Below, piece after piece: positions 26,553-35,849 of a stretch of DNA of 64,000 bases (position 1 is its first letter; every line of letters starts with the position of its first letter). Under the pieces are notes generated by a model. It made no database searches. It saw only the letters and a program-made list of their open reading frames with translations, and was not told the DNA's origin. The stretch spans positions 20,801 through 84,800 of the forward strand of contig DATKSN010000032.1 of the NCBI GenBank assembly GCA_035531595.1. Direction: 5' to 3'. Source of the stretch: Pirellulales bacterium. Lineage in GTDB: Bacteria > Planctomycetota > Planctomycetia > Pirellulales > JAICIG01. A program made the position numbers and the translations under genes.

Positions 26553-27505
26553 CGGGTCTTCACTTCCGGCATGGGATCGCCGTTTTCCGGCCGCCCTTCG
26601 GAATAAAAACAGTTATGGACCGGCTTCAGGATCTCAAGCACTTCGTCGAGCAACGGTTGATCCAGCGGCTGGCCGGCCCAAGCGACCCATTTTCTGACAT
26701 TCTCTGGGTTCGCCGATCCGACGACGCAAGTGGCCAGGTCCGGGTGCGACAGCGAGAATTGCAGCGCCAACTGGGCAATATCCACGCCGCGCTTGGCGCA
26801 GTGGTCCGCCGCGCGTCGGCAGGCGGCGCGCATCGGCTCGGTCGCCTTGTGCCACGGCGGCAGAGGCGCATGGGTCAGCAGTCGGGCGGAAAACGGCGCC
26901 GCGTTCATGGCGCCGACCCCCTTCGACTTCACGTAGGGCACCAGATCGGCCAGCATCGTATTTTGCAGCGTATAGTGGTTGTACGACAGGATCACGTCCA
27001 ACTCGGCGCGCTCCAGGACGTAGCGGAAGATCTTCATCGGGTAGCCGCTGACGCCGATGAATCGCACCTTGCCTTGGTCTCGGACCTTGCGCAGGGCGGG
27101 CAACGTCTCCTCGACGATCTGGGCCATGTCGACGAACTCGATGTCGTGGCAGAGCATGATGTCGAGGTATTCGACGCCCATTCGCTCCAGACTGACATCG
27201 ACGCTTTCCACGACGCGGCGGGCGGAGAAATCGAAGTGCCGCGGGGCGTAGCGGCCGAGTTTGCTACCGAGATAGTAACGGTCGCGCGGGAGACCGCCCA
27301 GTGCCGTGCCCAGCAGGCACTCGCTCAAGCCTCGGCCATAGTAGGGCGAAGTGTCGATGAAATTCATGCCCGCGTCGAGTGCCACATGCACCGAGCGGAT
27401 CGCCTCCTGGAAATCCACCGGGCGAAACTCCTGCCCCAGCGACGCGGCGCCATAGCCGAGCGCCGAGAGGTTCAAGCCTGTCCGGCCGAGGGGGCGAAGC
27501 TGCAT
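26549..27505 (-). CDS. Aldo/keto reductase, L-fucose/L-galactose (D-threo-aldose) dehydrogenase-like
   Basis: Start at MQLRPLGRTGL. FIDTSPYYGRGLSE, LCHDIEF, ILSYNHY and VPYVKSKGVGAMNAAP resemble, from memory, the AKR subgroup containing plant L-galactose dehydrogenase. Overlaps the downstream ADH gene by 4 nt. Confidence 0.75.
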   Translation of the reverse strand: MQLRPLGRTGLNLSALGYGAASLGQEFRPVDFQEAIRSVHVALDAGMNFIDTSPYYGRGLSECLLGTALGGLPRDRYYLGSKLGRYAPRHFDFSARRVVESVDVSLERMGVEYLDIMLCHDIEFVDMAQIVEETLPALRKVRDQGKVRFIGVSGYPMKIFRYVLERAELDVILSYNHYTLQNTMLADLVPYVKSKGVGAMNAAPFSARLLTHAPLPPWHKATEPMRAACRRAADHCAKRGVDIAQLALQFSLSHPDLATCVVGSANPENVRKWVAWAGQPLDQPLLDEVLEILKPVHNCFYSEGRPENGDPMPEVKTR

Positions 27506-27843
27506 ACGACCAAATCCTTTTCCACAGGGCATGAAACGGCGCAAGTCACCTTGGCCGATTCGCATTTTACCCTCCACGCGGCAACAAGGCGAGCCTGCTT
27601 CGGCGTGGATCAGGTTGGGCGCGGAATGGCCACCAAAGCCGAAACCAAAATGCCACTATGGCGATTATGCCGAGAATATCGCAGTGCCTGAAATTTTCGA
27701 CTATGGGCGCGCGATGTGCAGGGTGGGGAAGGCATGAAAGGATGGCCAAAGCCCACGTTGGGTGTTGGTGGTCTATTTCAAAGTCCGCACGTACGGGTGT
27801 ACGCCGCAGTTTCACTTCTGTCCTTGCAGTAACGGAGTTTACA

Positions 27844-28809
27844 ATGCGAATGTTTCGATGTCTTACTTTTGGAATTGCCGCCATGTCGCTGTTCTTCGCG
27901 GCCCCGGCGGCTGGCTGGGCTCAACGCCATCGCGATGCCCGGGTCAAGCATGCGACGCATGATGAGCAGGAAGCGGCGTCTTCAAATCGACGCGACGGCG
28001 CCAATGATTCCAATGCGAACTACTCAGCGACCGATCGGCAACTGGCGGCCTGGTTGACGGTGGATAACGAAGGCGAAGTTGCCTTGGCTCGGTTGGCGCA
28101 AGAAAGGTCAAAGAACGACCAGGTTCGGAAATTCGCCGCGCAGATGATCAAGGACCATGAGAAGTGCCTGGATCATCTGAAACGCATCGGCGGAGGTTCG
28201 TCCGTCGCCCGTGACCGCGGCGGCCGCGCGGTGCAAGCCAGCCATAATGAGGATGCAAATCAGGAGAGGGACGACCGCGATGTGGCCTCGCGCCATGCCG
28301 AGGAGCGAGATTCTAGTTCGCGGCCCGACGAAGAACGTGACGCGGAGAACCGGTCCACCTCGACACAACCGGTCTTGGTGCATCCCAGTTCGCGCCCCGA
28401 CGAAGAGCGTGACGCGGAGCATCGCCAATCCAGCGAGCGCGGCAGTTCACATGGTTTGGATTTCGTCCAAATCAAGCGGCAAATCGGCCAAGAGTGCATT
28501 GCGTCGTCTCAACGCGAACTGAGCCGGCTGCGGGGCGCGGAATTCGATCGAGCCTACATGGGAATGCAAGTCGGAAAACACTATGAAATGCTCGATACCT
28601 TGCGCGTTTTCAACAAGTACGCCTCGGCCGATTTCGACAAAGTGATCGTGGAAGCCGAGAAGAGCGCCGAAACGCACCTGGATCACGCAAAGCAGTTGCA
28701 CCGGTCGTTGGAAGGCCATGATAGCGGGCACCGGAACGCCAATGAGCCTCGGGATGAATCGCGCTCCGCGCGCGGCGGTTCGACCAGCGAACGGAACTTG
28801 GACGAGTAA
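27844..28809 (+). CDS. DUF4142-domain secreted protein
   Basis: Signal peptide MRMFRCLTFGIAAMSLFFAAPAAGWA. DRQLAAWLTVDNEGEVALARLAQERSKNDQVRKFAAQMIKDHEK is the DUF4142 signature. Internal acidic duplication SSRPDEERDAE x2. Confidence 0.7.
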   Translation: MRMFRCLTFGIAAMSLFFAAPAAGWAQRHRDARVKHATHDEQEAASSNRRDGANDSNANYSATDRQLAAWLTVDNEGEVALARLAQERSKNDQVRKFAAQMIKDHEKCLDHLKRIGGGSSVARDRGGRAVQASHNEDANQERDDRDVASRHAEERDSSSRPDEERDAENRSTSTQPVLVHPSSRPDEERDAEHRQSSERGSSHGLDFVQIKRQIGQECIASSQRELSRLRGAEFDRAYMGMQVGKHYEMLDTLRVFNKYASADFDKVIVEAEKSAETHLDHAKQLHRSLEGHDSGHRNANEPRDESRSARGGSTSERNLDE

Positions 28810-29044
28810 TCGAAGCCGGCTTCGCGCCGGGGCCGACCTCACTCGATCTTGTCGTCTGGGCGGACACAAAGTTCGGGCTTCGGCCGTGCCACGATCACTC
28901 GTGGCGCGGCCTTTTCTTGTTTCCTGGCTTGTCCGCTGGCTTTGCCCCTTCGAGGGACCATGAATAATCCGGGCTAGCGTCAGGGGGCGACTTTCTCTAT
29001 CATCCGGCCGCTGAACTAGCCGCGTTTCGTCAGGGAGGACGACC

Positions 29045-30340
29045 GTGAATTCGTTGAAGACGATGTTTCTGGCGGTGTTGATGTCGGCCGCGACATATGG
29101 GGTGTATGTCACGATCACGGGAAATCCGCCCGCTCCGCCCCCCAAAGATGCCAAGGGTTGGGCGGAAGATCCACCCCAGGTTGAAATTCCCGCGGGCGAG
29201 CGCGCAACGGCGTCATCGCCCCCTGCGCCGACCTCCGTGCCGCCCGAACCGCCGCCGGCCGCGGCTGATCGCCCGGCAAGCCCTTATGAAGCCGGCGCGG
29301 CGAATACGAACGATCCGCGCGGCGGTACTCCCGACGCGGCCCATCATGCGACTGCCGACGTCGCGAGCGGCCCAGCCCCCCATCAGCCTCCAGACGTGTC
29401 GGACGTGCGAGACCATGCCGCGAGCGCCCCCGCCGCCCCGGCTGGCGGGCCATCGGATGACCGTTATCCGCCGGATTCGGTCGAGGACCGATACCCGCCG
29501 AACGACCGCTACCCCAGTTATCCCGCCGCGGACGCCGCCGGCGAATCGCGACGGGACGGCGGTCCCCCCCATCCCACCCCCACGGACGGCTCACCGCCGC
29601 CCGACCCGACGGAAGTCCACAACGAATTCGTCGCCGGCATGCGCGTCGCCGAGGGGATGCTGGCCGACCATCACCTGGTCGACGCCCTGTTGGAGTTGTC
29701 ACGCATGGTCGGCGATCCGCTCTTGGCGGCGGATGACGAGGCGCAATTGACGGAATTGCTCGATCAGCTTGCGGGCACGGTCGTTTACTCGCGCGAGCAC
29801 CTGCTCGAACCGCCCTACGAAGTGCAGCCGGGCGATACGCTGGACCGCGTGGCCGAAGCCTACCATGTGCCTTGGCAGTTGTTGGCCAACATCAACGGCA
29901 TCACCGACGCGCGCCGGCAGTTGCAGCCGGGCGATACGCTCAAGGTGATCAAGGGACCGTTCGAGGCCGTGGTCGACTTGGGCCGGTTCCGGCTCACGCT
30001 GTTCGTGGGCGGTTGCTATGCGGGCCGTTTCGAGATCGGCATCGGCCAGGATTGCACGACGCCTTTGGGTGACTTCGTCGTCCAAAAGAAGGTCGTCAAT
30101 CCCGACTACTACGGCGAGCAGGTGATCGCGGCCGGCAGCCCCGACAACCCCTTGGGCGAGTACGCATTGCAACTGTCGGACCAAATCTTCATCCACGGCA
30201 CGAACGACCCGGCCAGCATCGGCCGCGCCGAATCGAAGGGCTGCATCCGGCTGAACAACCACGACATCGCGGACCTGTTCTCGATCCTTTCCGAGAAGAC
30301 CGAGCGCACGCCCGGCTCCCCCGTATCCATCCGGCGGTAG
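29045..30340 (+). CDS. LysM + L,D-transpeptidase (YkuD) domain protein
   Basis: GTG start, N-terminal TM, Pro-rich linker, LysM (YEVQPGDTLDRVAEAYHVPWQLLANINGI) and YkuD catalytic motif IHGTNDPASIGRAESKGCIRL. Confidence 0.8.
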   Translation: MNSLKTMFLAVLMSAATYGVYVTITGNPPAPPPKDAKGWAEDPPQVEIPAGERATASSPPAPTSVPPEPPPAAADRPASPYEAGAANTNDPRGGTPDAAHHATADVASGPAPHQPPDVSDVRDHAASAPAAPAGGPSDDRYPPDSVEDRYPPNDRYPSYPAADAAGESRRDGGPPHPTPTDGSPPPDPTEVHNEFVAGMRVAEGMLADHHLVDALLELSRMVGDPLLAADDEAQLTELLDQLAGTVVYSREHLLEPPYEVQPGDTLDRVAEAYHVPWQLLANINGITDARRQLQPGDTLKVIKGPFEAVVDLGRFRLTLFVGGCYAGRFEIGIGQDCTTPLGDFVVQKKVVNPDYYGEQVIAAGSPDNPLGEYALQLSDQIFIHGTNDPASIGRAESKGCIRLNNHDIADLFSILSEKTERTPGSPVSIRR

Positions 30341-30361
30341 CCGGTAGCTGAATTCGCAAGC

Positions 30362-30946
30362 TTGATCGCGAGTCGGAGATTTCCAGCGGTGTACGACAAA
30401 CACGCTCTGATGGCCTTGGTCCGCGAGAAGGCTCTCAAGTTCGGCGACTTCACACTGGCATCCGGCAGGAAAGCCAGTTACTACCTTGACGGCAAGCAGG
30501 TCACGCTCGACGCGGTCGGAGCCAGGCTCGTCGGCGAAGGGGTCTTGGACCTCTTGGGCGAGCGTCCGCCGAAGGCCGTCGGCGGCATGTCGATCGGCGC
30601 CGACCCCATCACGGCCGCCGTGGTCACGATGGCCGGCGTCCGCGGCCAAGCGCTGTCGGGCTTCATGGTCCGCAAGGAAGCCAAAGGGCACGGCACCGGA
30701 CGTTCCATCGAAGGGCCGGTCGAGCCGGGTGACGAAGTGGCGATCGTCGAAGACGTCGTGACGACCGGCGGCTCTTCCTTGGCGGCCATCGAGCGCTGTC
30801 AGGAATTCGGCCTGATCGTGAAACGAGTCATCGCCGTTATCGACCGCATGGAAGGCGGGGCGGAGGCCTTCGCCCGGCGCGGCTTTCCCTTTGCCAGCTT
30901 GCTCACGATCCGCGATTTCGGGATCGAGCCGCCCGCTGAAGGATGA
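30362..30946 (+). CDS. pyrE: Orotate phosphoribosyltransferase
   Basis: ALKFGDFTLASGRKASYYLD and the PRPP loop VAIVEDVVTTGGS. The TTG start at 30362 is uncertain (in-frame GTG at 30389 is an alternative). Confidence 0.85.
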   Translation: MIASRRFPAVYDKHALMALVREKALKFGDFTLASGRKASYYLDGKQVTLDAVGARLVGEGVLDLLGERPPKAVGGMSIGADPITAAVVTMAGVRGQALSGFMVRKEAKGHGTGRSIEGPVEPGDEVAIVEDVVTTGGSSLAAIERCQEFGLIVKRVIAVIDRMEGGAEAFARRGFPFASLLTIRDFGIEPPAEG

Positions 30947-30985
30947 TCTTTTAATCAACCCGCGCCGACGGCAGGAGCATCCAGG

Positions 30986-32479
30986 ATGGATTTCCTCAAT
31001 AAGGCATACGCCCAACTCGCCGACGTGTTCCGAGCGATGACGCCCGGCGCGCGAATGATCGCCGGGTTGTTGTTGGCGGTCGTGGCGGTCAGCCTGGTCT
31101 ATCTTGGCATCCATCCGATCTCGGGCGGCGAGGCGTACCTGCTTCAGGGGCACCGCTTTACGACCAGCGAGATCGAAGCGGCCCAGGCGGCGTTGGGCGA
31201 GGCGGGTTTGAACGACTACGAGATCGAGGGGAACCAGATCCGCGTGCCGCGCGCGCAGAAAGGCAAATACATGGCGGCGCTGGCCGACGGCGATGCGATG
31301 CCGGTCCACTTCGGCACGCTATTGGCCGACGCCACGACGAAGCCCGGCCCGTTCACCAGCCGGCCGCAGATCGACGCCATGAACAAGATCGCACTCGAAC
31401 GGACCCTGGCCGACACGATTCGCTGGATGAAAGGGATCGAGAAGGCGGCGGTGCTCTACCACCTTCCGAAGAAGACGGGCTTTCGCTCCGACGACCGGGC
31501 GACCGCGATGGTCACCGTCGTGCCGCGGGGCACGAGAGAATTGGACGAGGGCCAGGTGCCGAAGATCCGCGACCTGGTGGCCGCCGCGATCGGCATCGCG
31601 CCGGAGGGCGTGACGGTGGTCGACGCCAACGGCCGGTCGTACGCCGGCGGCCAGCCGGTTCGCGCCGGCGCCTTGGACGACCCCTACTTCACGCGCAAGA
31701 AATCGTACGAGAACGACTACGAACAAAAAATCCGCAAGGCATTGTCGTACGTGCCGGGTGTTACCGTGACCGCCCACGTCGAATTCGAGGGTCGGATCGG
31801 CCGCCGCGAGGAAAGCCCGCGCGTACACACGGTCGCCGACGTCGTCTCGTTCACGCCCAAGAAAGTGATGATTTCGGTGGGCGTGCCGGACAGCTATTAC
31901 GAGGAAATCTGGCGAAAAGCGAACCCCGCACCCGACGGCGGTGCGCCGGTGAAGCCCGACGTGAAGGTATTGGAACTGATCGAACGGGCCGAGAAGACGA
32001 AAATTCGGGACTTCGTGTCGCAGTCGATTCCCCAACCCGACGTGACGGCCGACATCCGGCCGTTGGTCACGGTAACGACCTTCGCCCAGTTACCCACGGC
32101 GGACCTTCCCGCGCCGGCGACGACCGACCGGGCACTGGCCTGGTTCTCGACGCACCGAAACGCGCTAGGGGCGATCAGCTTGATGTCGGTGAGCCTGTTG
32201 GTGTTCCGCTCGATGGTCCGATCTCGCGGGTTGATGGGTCCGGCGCCCGCCGCGCGATCGCCGCGTCCGCCGGCGGAGAACAAGCCGCCGGCGGAGAACA
32301 AGCCAGCCTGGCCGGCCGCGGCGGAAAAGTCCCCCCTGACTGAAATGAAACCTGACCATCGTCTTGATCGCAAACCGGTCGGAGGCCGGTCGCGGCGCGA
32401 CGAGTTCACGGACATGGTCCGCGACGACCCGGACACCGCCGCCAACATTCTCAGAAACTGGATCGGTAGCGCCAGTTAG
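30986..32479 (+). CDS. fliF: Flagellar M-ring protein FliF
   Basis: 497-aa ORF with an N-terminal TM after MTPGARMIAGLLLAVVAVSLVYL, a periplasmic YscJ/FliF-like region and a second TM (ALGAISLMSVSLLVF). Heads the fliG-H-I-J series. Confidence 0.85.
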   Translation: MDFLNKAYAQLADVFRAMTPGARMIAGLLLAVVAVSLVYLGIHPISGGEAYLLQGHRFTTSEIEAAQAALGEAGLNDYEIEGNQIRVPRAQKGKYMAALADGDAMPVHFGTLLADATTKPGPFTSRPQIDAMNKIALERTLADTIRWMKGIEKAAVLYHLPKKTGFRSDDRATAMVTVVPRGTRELDEGQVPKIRDLVAAAIGIAPEGVTVVDANGRSYAGGQPVRAGALDDPYFTRKKSYENDYEQKIRKALSYVPGVTVTAHVEFEGRIGRREESPRVHTVADVVSFTPKKVMISVGVPDSYYEEIWRKANPAPDGGAPVKPDVKVLELIERAEKTKIRDFVSQSIPQPDVTADIRPLVTVTTFAQLPTADLPAPATTDRALAWFSTHRNALGAISLMSVSLLVFRSMVRSRGLMGPAPAARSPRPPAENKPPAENKPAWPAAAEKSPLTEMKPDHRLDRKPVGGRSRRDEFTDMVRDDPDTAANILRNWIGSAS

Positions 32480-32656
32480 GTTAGGGGGGTTCAGGGTTCA
32501 TCGCCAAGATGAAGAACTACATTCGTGAACCACAGTTCCGCAGTTTTCGCAGCCGCTACCAGGAGTGCGTCATGGCCTCGAACGCACGCTGGAGTAGCAA
32601 CTCGACACATCTCAGCGTCGCTGGCCCGATCCCAGAGACTCGTGCCCCCCCACAAT

Positions 32657-32686
32657 CTGAACCCTGAACCCTGAACCCTGAACCCC
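32657..32686. repeat. Heptad tandem repeat (CTGAACC)x4
   Basis: ctgaaccctgaaccctgaaccctgaacccc, 22 nt upstream of the fliG start. An inverted partial copy, ggggggttcagggttca, sits at 32484-32500 just after the fliF stop. Confidence 0.9.
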
Positions 32687-32710
32687 GCGTCCCTCGATCT
32701 AGGCCCTTTG

Positions 32711-33709
32711 ATGACGCCCGACAACTTTCGCAAAGCGGCGATCCTGGTCGCCACGCTCGACGCTTCGACCGCCGACACGGTGCTTGATTCCGTGCCCGAG
32801 GAGCAAGCGGCGCGAGTGCGCAGGATGATCGTCGGGCTGGGCGAGCTGGACGCCGCCGAACAAGACGCGGTGATCGACGAGTTCTTCCGTGCCGCCCCGC
32901 GGGGTTCTCTTGACCAGACCGACGACGCGGAGCCCGACGCGCTGCGAGATGACGAGCGGCACAGTGACGCGCCGCGGGACGGAGTGGAGTTCATCGTCTC
33001 GTCGCCCGCGACCGGCGACGACGCCCCAGCGCGGCCTTTCGGATTCCTGGACCAGGCTCGCGGCGACAAACTCTCCCCGCTGTTGGCCGGCGAGCGCCCG
33101 CAGACGATCGCGCTGGTGATTTCACACTTGCCGCCCGATCGCGCCGCCGACGTGCTTGGCGCGCTCGACTGCGCTCTGCAAGTCGACGTGCTGCGGCGCC
33201 TGGTCGACTTGGACGAGGCCGATCCGAACGTGCTGCGCGACGTCGAGCGCGGCTTGGAATCGCGGATACTGGAGCAGATTCGCCACGAAAGTCGTCTCGC
33301 GACACGAATGAACGCCGCGGCCGGCATCGTCCAAGCGGCCGCGCCGCGGCAGAGACGCGAGTTGCTCGCGAACCTGGCGCGCCACGATTGGCGGCTGGCC
33401 GATCGCCTGCGACCGGCAACCTGCGCGTTCGCCGACCTGGAGCGGATGGACCCAGAGACGCTGGCCACGCTGCTCTCGGAGCTCGATCCCGACGTGACGT
33501 TGTTGGCGCTGGCCGCCGCGCCGCTGGGGCTGGTCGACCGGGTGCTGGGGCAGTTCTCGCCCCAGGAGGCCGCGCAGGTGCGCCGGACGATCGAACGCCT
33601 GGGCCCGACGCGGCTGGCCGACATCGATGAGGCCCAGCGGCGGATTGCCGAGCGCGCGAGGCAACTCGCGTTGGACGGCCGCATTGAACTGCCAATGGAC
33701 AGGGGATAG
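32711..33709 (+). CDS. fliG: Flagellar motor switch protein FliG
   Basis: FRKAAILVATLDASTADTVLDSVPEEQAARV..., ERPQTIALVISHLPPDRAADVL and MDPETLATLL match FliG. The ORF track begins at TTG 32708; an ATG follows at 32711. Confidence 0.9.
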   Translation: MTPDNFRKAAILVATLDASTADTVLDSVPEEQAARVRRMIVGLGELDAAEQDAVIDEFFRAAPRGSLDQTDDAEPDALRDDERHSDAPRDGVEFIVSSPATGDDAPARPFGFLDQARGDKLSPLLAGERPQTIALVISHLPPDRAADVLGALDCALQVDVLRRLVDLDEADPNVLRDVERGLESRILEQIRHESRLATRMNAAAGIVQAAAPRQRRELLANLARHDWRLADRLRPATCAFADLERMDPETLATLLSELDPDVTLLALAAAPLGLVDRVLGQFSPQEAAQVRRTIERLGPTRLADIDEAQRRIAERARQLALDGRIELPMDRG

Positions 33710-33851
33710 GGGGACAGGGGACAGGTTACAGGGAACAGGTTACAGCCGGTGGTGAACCCCGAACCCCGAACCCCGAACCCCGAACCCCGAACCCCGAACC
33801 CCGAACCCCGAACCCCGAACCACGAACCCCGAACCCCGAATCCGGAACCTT
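33697..33851. repeat. Heptad-periodic tract: (NNNACAG)x5 then (GAACCCC)x14 (11 perfect)
   Basis: gggacag gggacag gttacag ggaacag gttacag ... then gaacccc x9, gaaccac, gaacccc x2, gaatccg, gaacctt. Fills essentially the whole fliG-fliH spacer. Confidence 0.9.
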
Positions 33852-33861
33852 CATCCCTCAA

Positions 33862-34518
33862 ATGCCCACCGTGATCAAGGCCACCGATCGGCAGTTCGGC
33901 GAGCGCGGCGCGGCATTCGACGTCGAAGCCCTGGCGCGCCAAGCCGATGCGTACCGGGCGACGATCCGCGAGCAGGCCCGCCAGATCCTGCTGGCGGCCA
34001 TGCGCGACGCCGGCGACATCCGGCATGCCGCCGAACTGGAAGGCCGCCGCGCCGCGGAGCAAGCGTTCGACCGCCTGCTCGATGAACAGGTTGGTCGTCG
34101 ACTCGAAACGGTGTTGCCGGCCCTGCGCGCCGTGATCGCCGAAGTTTGTGATTCAAAGCAGGCTTGGCTGGCCGACTGGGAGCGGCAGGCCGTCCATTTG
34201 GCCGTGGCCATCGCCGGGCGCGTTTGCCGCCGCGAAATCTCGAACCAGCCTGAGATCTCGATTGGCCTGGTGCGCGAGGCGCTTGAGCTGGCCTCCGGCG
34301 CCGGAGGAGTGCGGGTTCTCTTGAATCCCGACGACTACCTGGCTTTGGGCGGTCCTGTGCGAAAACTCGCCAGCGAATTGGCGAGGTTGGGTCCGGCTGC
34401 GGTCGTCGCCGATGCCTCGATCAGCCACGGCGGTTGTCGCGTGGAAACGCCGAAGGGCGCGGTGGATCAGCAAATCGAAACGCGACTCGTCCGGATCGCC
34501 GAGGAGTTGACATGCTGA
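33862..34518 (+). CDS. fliH: Flagellar assembly protein FliH
   Basis: 218-aa ORF between fliG and fliI. Charged coiled-coil N-half and a FliH/T3SS-stator-like C-half (VRVLLNPDD ... HGGCRVETPKGAVDQQIETRL). Confidence 0.7.
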   Translation: MPTVIKATDRQFGERGAAFDVEALARQADAYRATIREQARQILLAAMRDAGDIRHAAELEGRRAAEQAFDRLLDEQVGRRLETVLPALRAVIAEVCDSKQAWLADWERQAVHLAVAIAGRVCRREISNQPEISIGLVREALELASGAGGVRVLLNPDDYLALGGPVRKLASELARLGPAAVVADASISHGGCRVETPKGAVDQQIETRLVRIAEELTC

Positions 34519-35849
34519 ATTACACGGACCAACTTGCGACCATTTTGCCTTGCGGGCTCGAAGGGAGCGTGGTGAGGGTCGTCGGCATGGCGGCGGCCGT
34601 GGCCGACCTGCCGGCGCCCTTGGGCGCGCTGGTCGAAATCGACGTCCAGCGTGGCGAGCCGCTCGAGGCCGAAGTGATCGGCTTCGACGGCGGCGCGACG
34701 CTGGTTTATCCGTTCGCCTCGCTCGCCGGCGTGCGACGAGGCCATCGCGTTCGCCTGCGTCGCACGTCGAACCGCATGGGCGTAGGCCACGAGTTGCTCT
34801 CGCGCATCGTCGACGCCCGCGGCCGCGCGATCGACGGCCGTCCGCCGCCCGTGACGACCGAGCGGATCGCGCTGGACGGGCCGCCTCCGCGGCCGGTCGA
34901 GCGGCCAAGGATCGACACACCCTTGACGACCGGGATCCGCGCCATCGACGGACTCTTGACCTGCGGCAAGGGACAGCGGATGGGCATTTTTTCCGGATCG
35001 GGCGTCGGAAAAAGCGTGACGCTGGGAATCATGTCGCGCCATTCGTCGGCCGACGTCAACGTGATCGCCCTGATCGGCGAGCGGGGGCGCGAGGTGAACG
35101 AGTTCATCGAGCGCGACCTGGGCCCAGAGGGACTGGCGAAGAGCGTGCTGGTCGTCGCCACCAGCGACGAACCGGCGTTGCTCCGCGTGCGAGCGGCCTT
35201 CGCGGCCACGGCCATTGCCGAGTTCTTCCGCGACCAGGGAAACGACGTGCTGCTGGTCATGGATTCGATCACGCGCTTCGCCCTGGCCCAACGCGAGATC
35301 GGCTTGACCGCCGGCGAGCCGCCCACGACGCGCGGCTTTCCGCCTTCCGTATTCGCCCTGTTGCCCAAACTCGTCGAGCGCGCCGGCCGCGGACCGCGCG
35401 GCAGCATCACCGCCTTCTACTCGGTGTTGGTGGAGGCCGACGACGCCAACGAGCCCATCGCCGACGCGCTGCGCGGCCTGCTCGACGGCCACACCTGGCT
35501 CTCGCGAAAGCTGGCGACGAAAGGGCATTATCCACCCATCGACGTGCTGGAAAGCACCAGCCGGCTCATGAGCGACGTGACGACCCCCCAACACCGTGAA
35601 GCGGCGGCCGTGGTGCTCGAGTTGCTGGCGGCCCATCGCGATCACGAGGATCTGATCTCGATCGGCGCGTACCGCCGCGGCGCGAACCGCGTGGTCGACC
35701 TGGCGATCGAGATGCTCGATCCGATCCATGAATTCCTGCGGCAGCGCGTCGACCAACATGGTTCCATCGAGAGCGCCCGCGAATCGCTGATACGGCTTCG
35801 CGCCCGCTGCGACGAGCGGCCAACCGTCACCCCGGAGAACGCGACGTGA
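34512..35849 (+). CDS. fliI: Flagellum-specific ATPase FliI
   Basis: Internal ATG overlapping the fliH end. Walker A GIFSGSGVGKS, Walker B LLVMDSITRFA and T3SS ATPase motifs (IDGLLTCGKGQRMG, TAFYSVLVEADD). Confidence 0.9.
   Translation: MLNYTDQLATILPCGLEGSVVRVVGMAAAVADLPAPLGALVEIDVQRGEPLEAEVIGFDGGATLVYPFASLAGVRRGHRVRLRRTSNRMGVGHELLSRIVDARGRAIDGRPPPVTTERIALDGPPPRPVERPRIDTPLTTGIRAIDGLLTCGKGQRMGIFSGSGVGKSVTLGIMSRHSSADVNVIALIGERGREVNEFIERDLGPEGLAKSVLVVATSDEPALLRVRAAFAATAIAEFFRDQGNDVLLVMDSITRFALAQREIGLTAGEPPTTRGFPPSVFALLPKLVERAGRGPRGSITAFYSVLVEADDANEPIADALRGLLDGHTWLSRKLATKGHYPPIDVLESTSRLMSDVTTPQHREAAAVVLELLAAHRDHEDLISIGAYRRGANRVVDLAIEMLDPIHEFLRQRVDQHGSIESARESLIRLRARCDERPTVTPENAT

Noticed and set aside
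32491-34062. 523-aa minus-strand ORF spanning the fliG region.
   Set aside because: It is antisense to a clearly recognisable fliG and runs through the simple-repeat spacers (giving GFGVRGS repeats). Low-complexity Ser/Arg/Ala composition marks it as a GC artefact.
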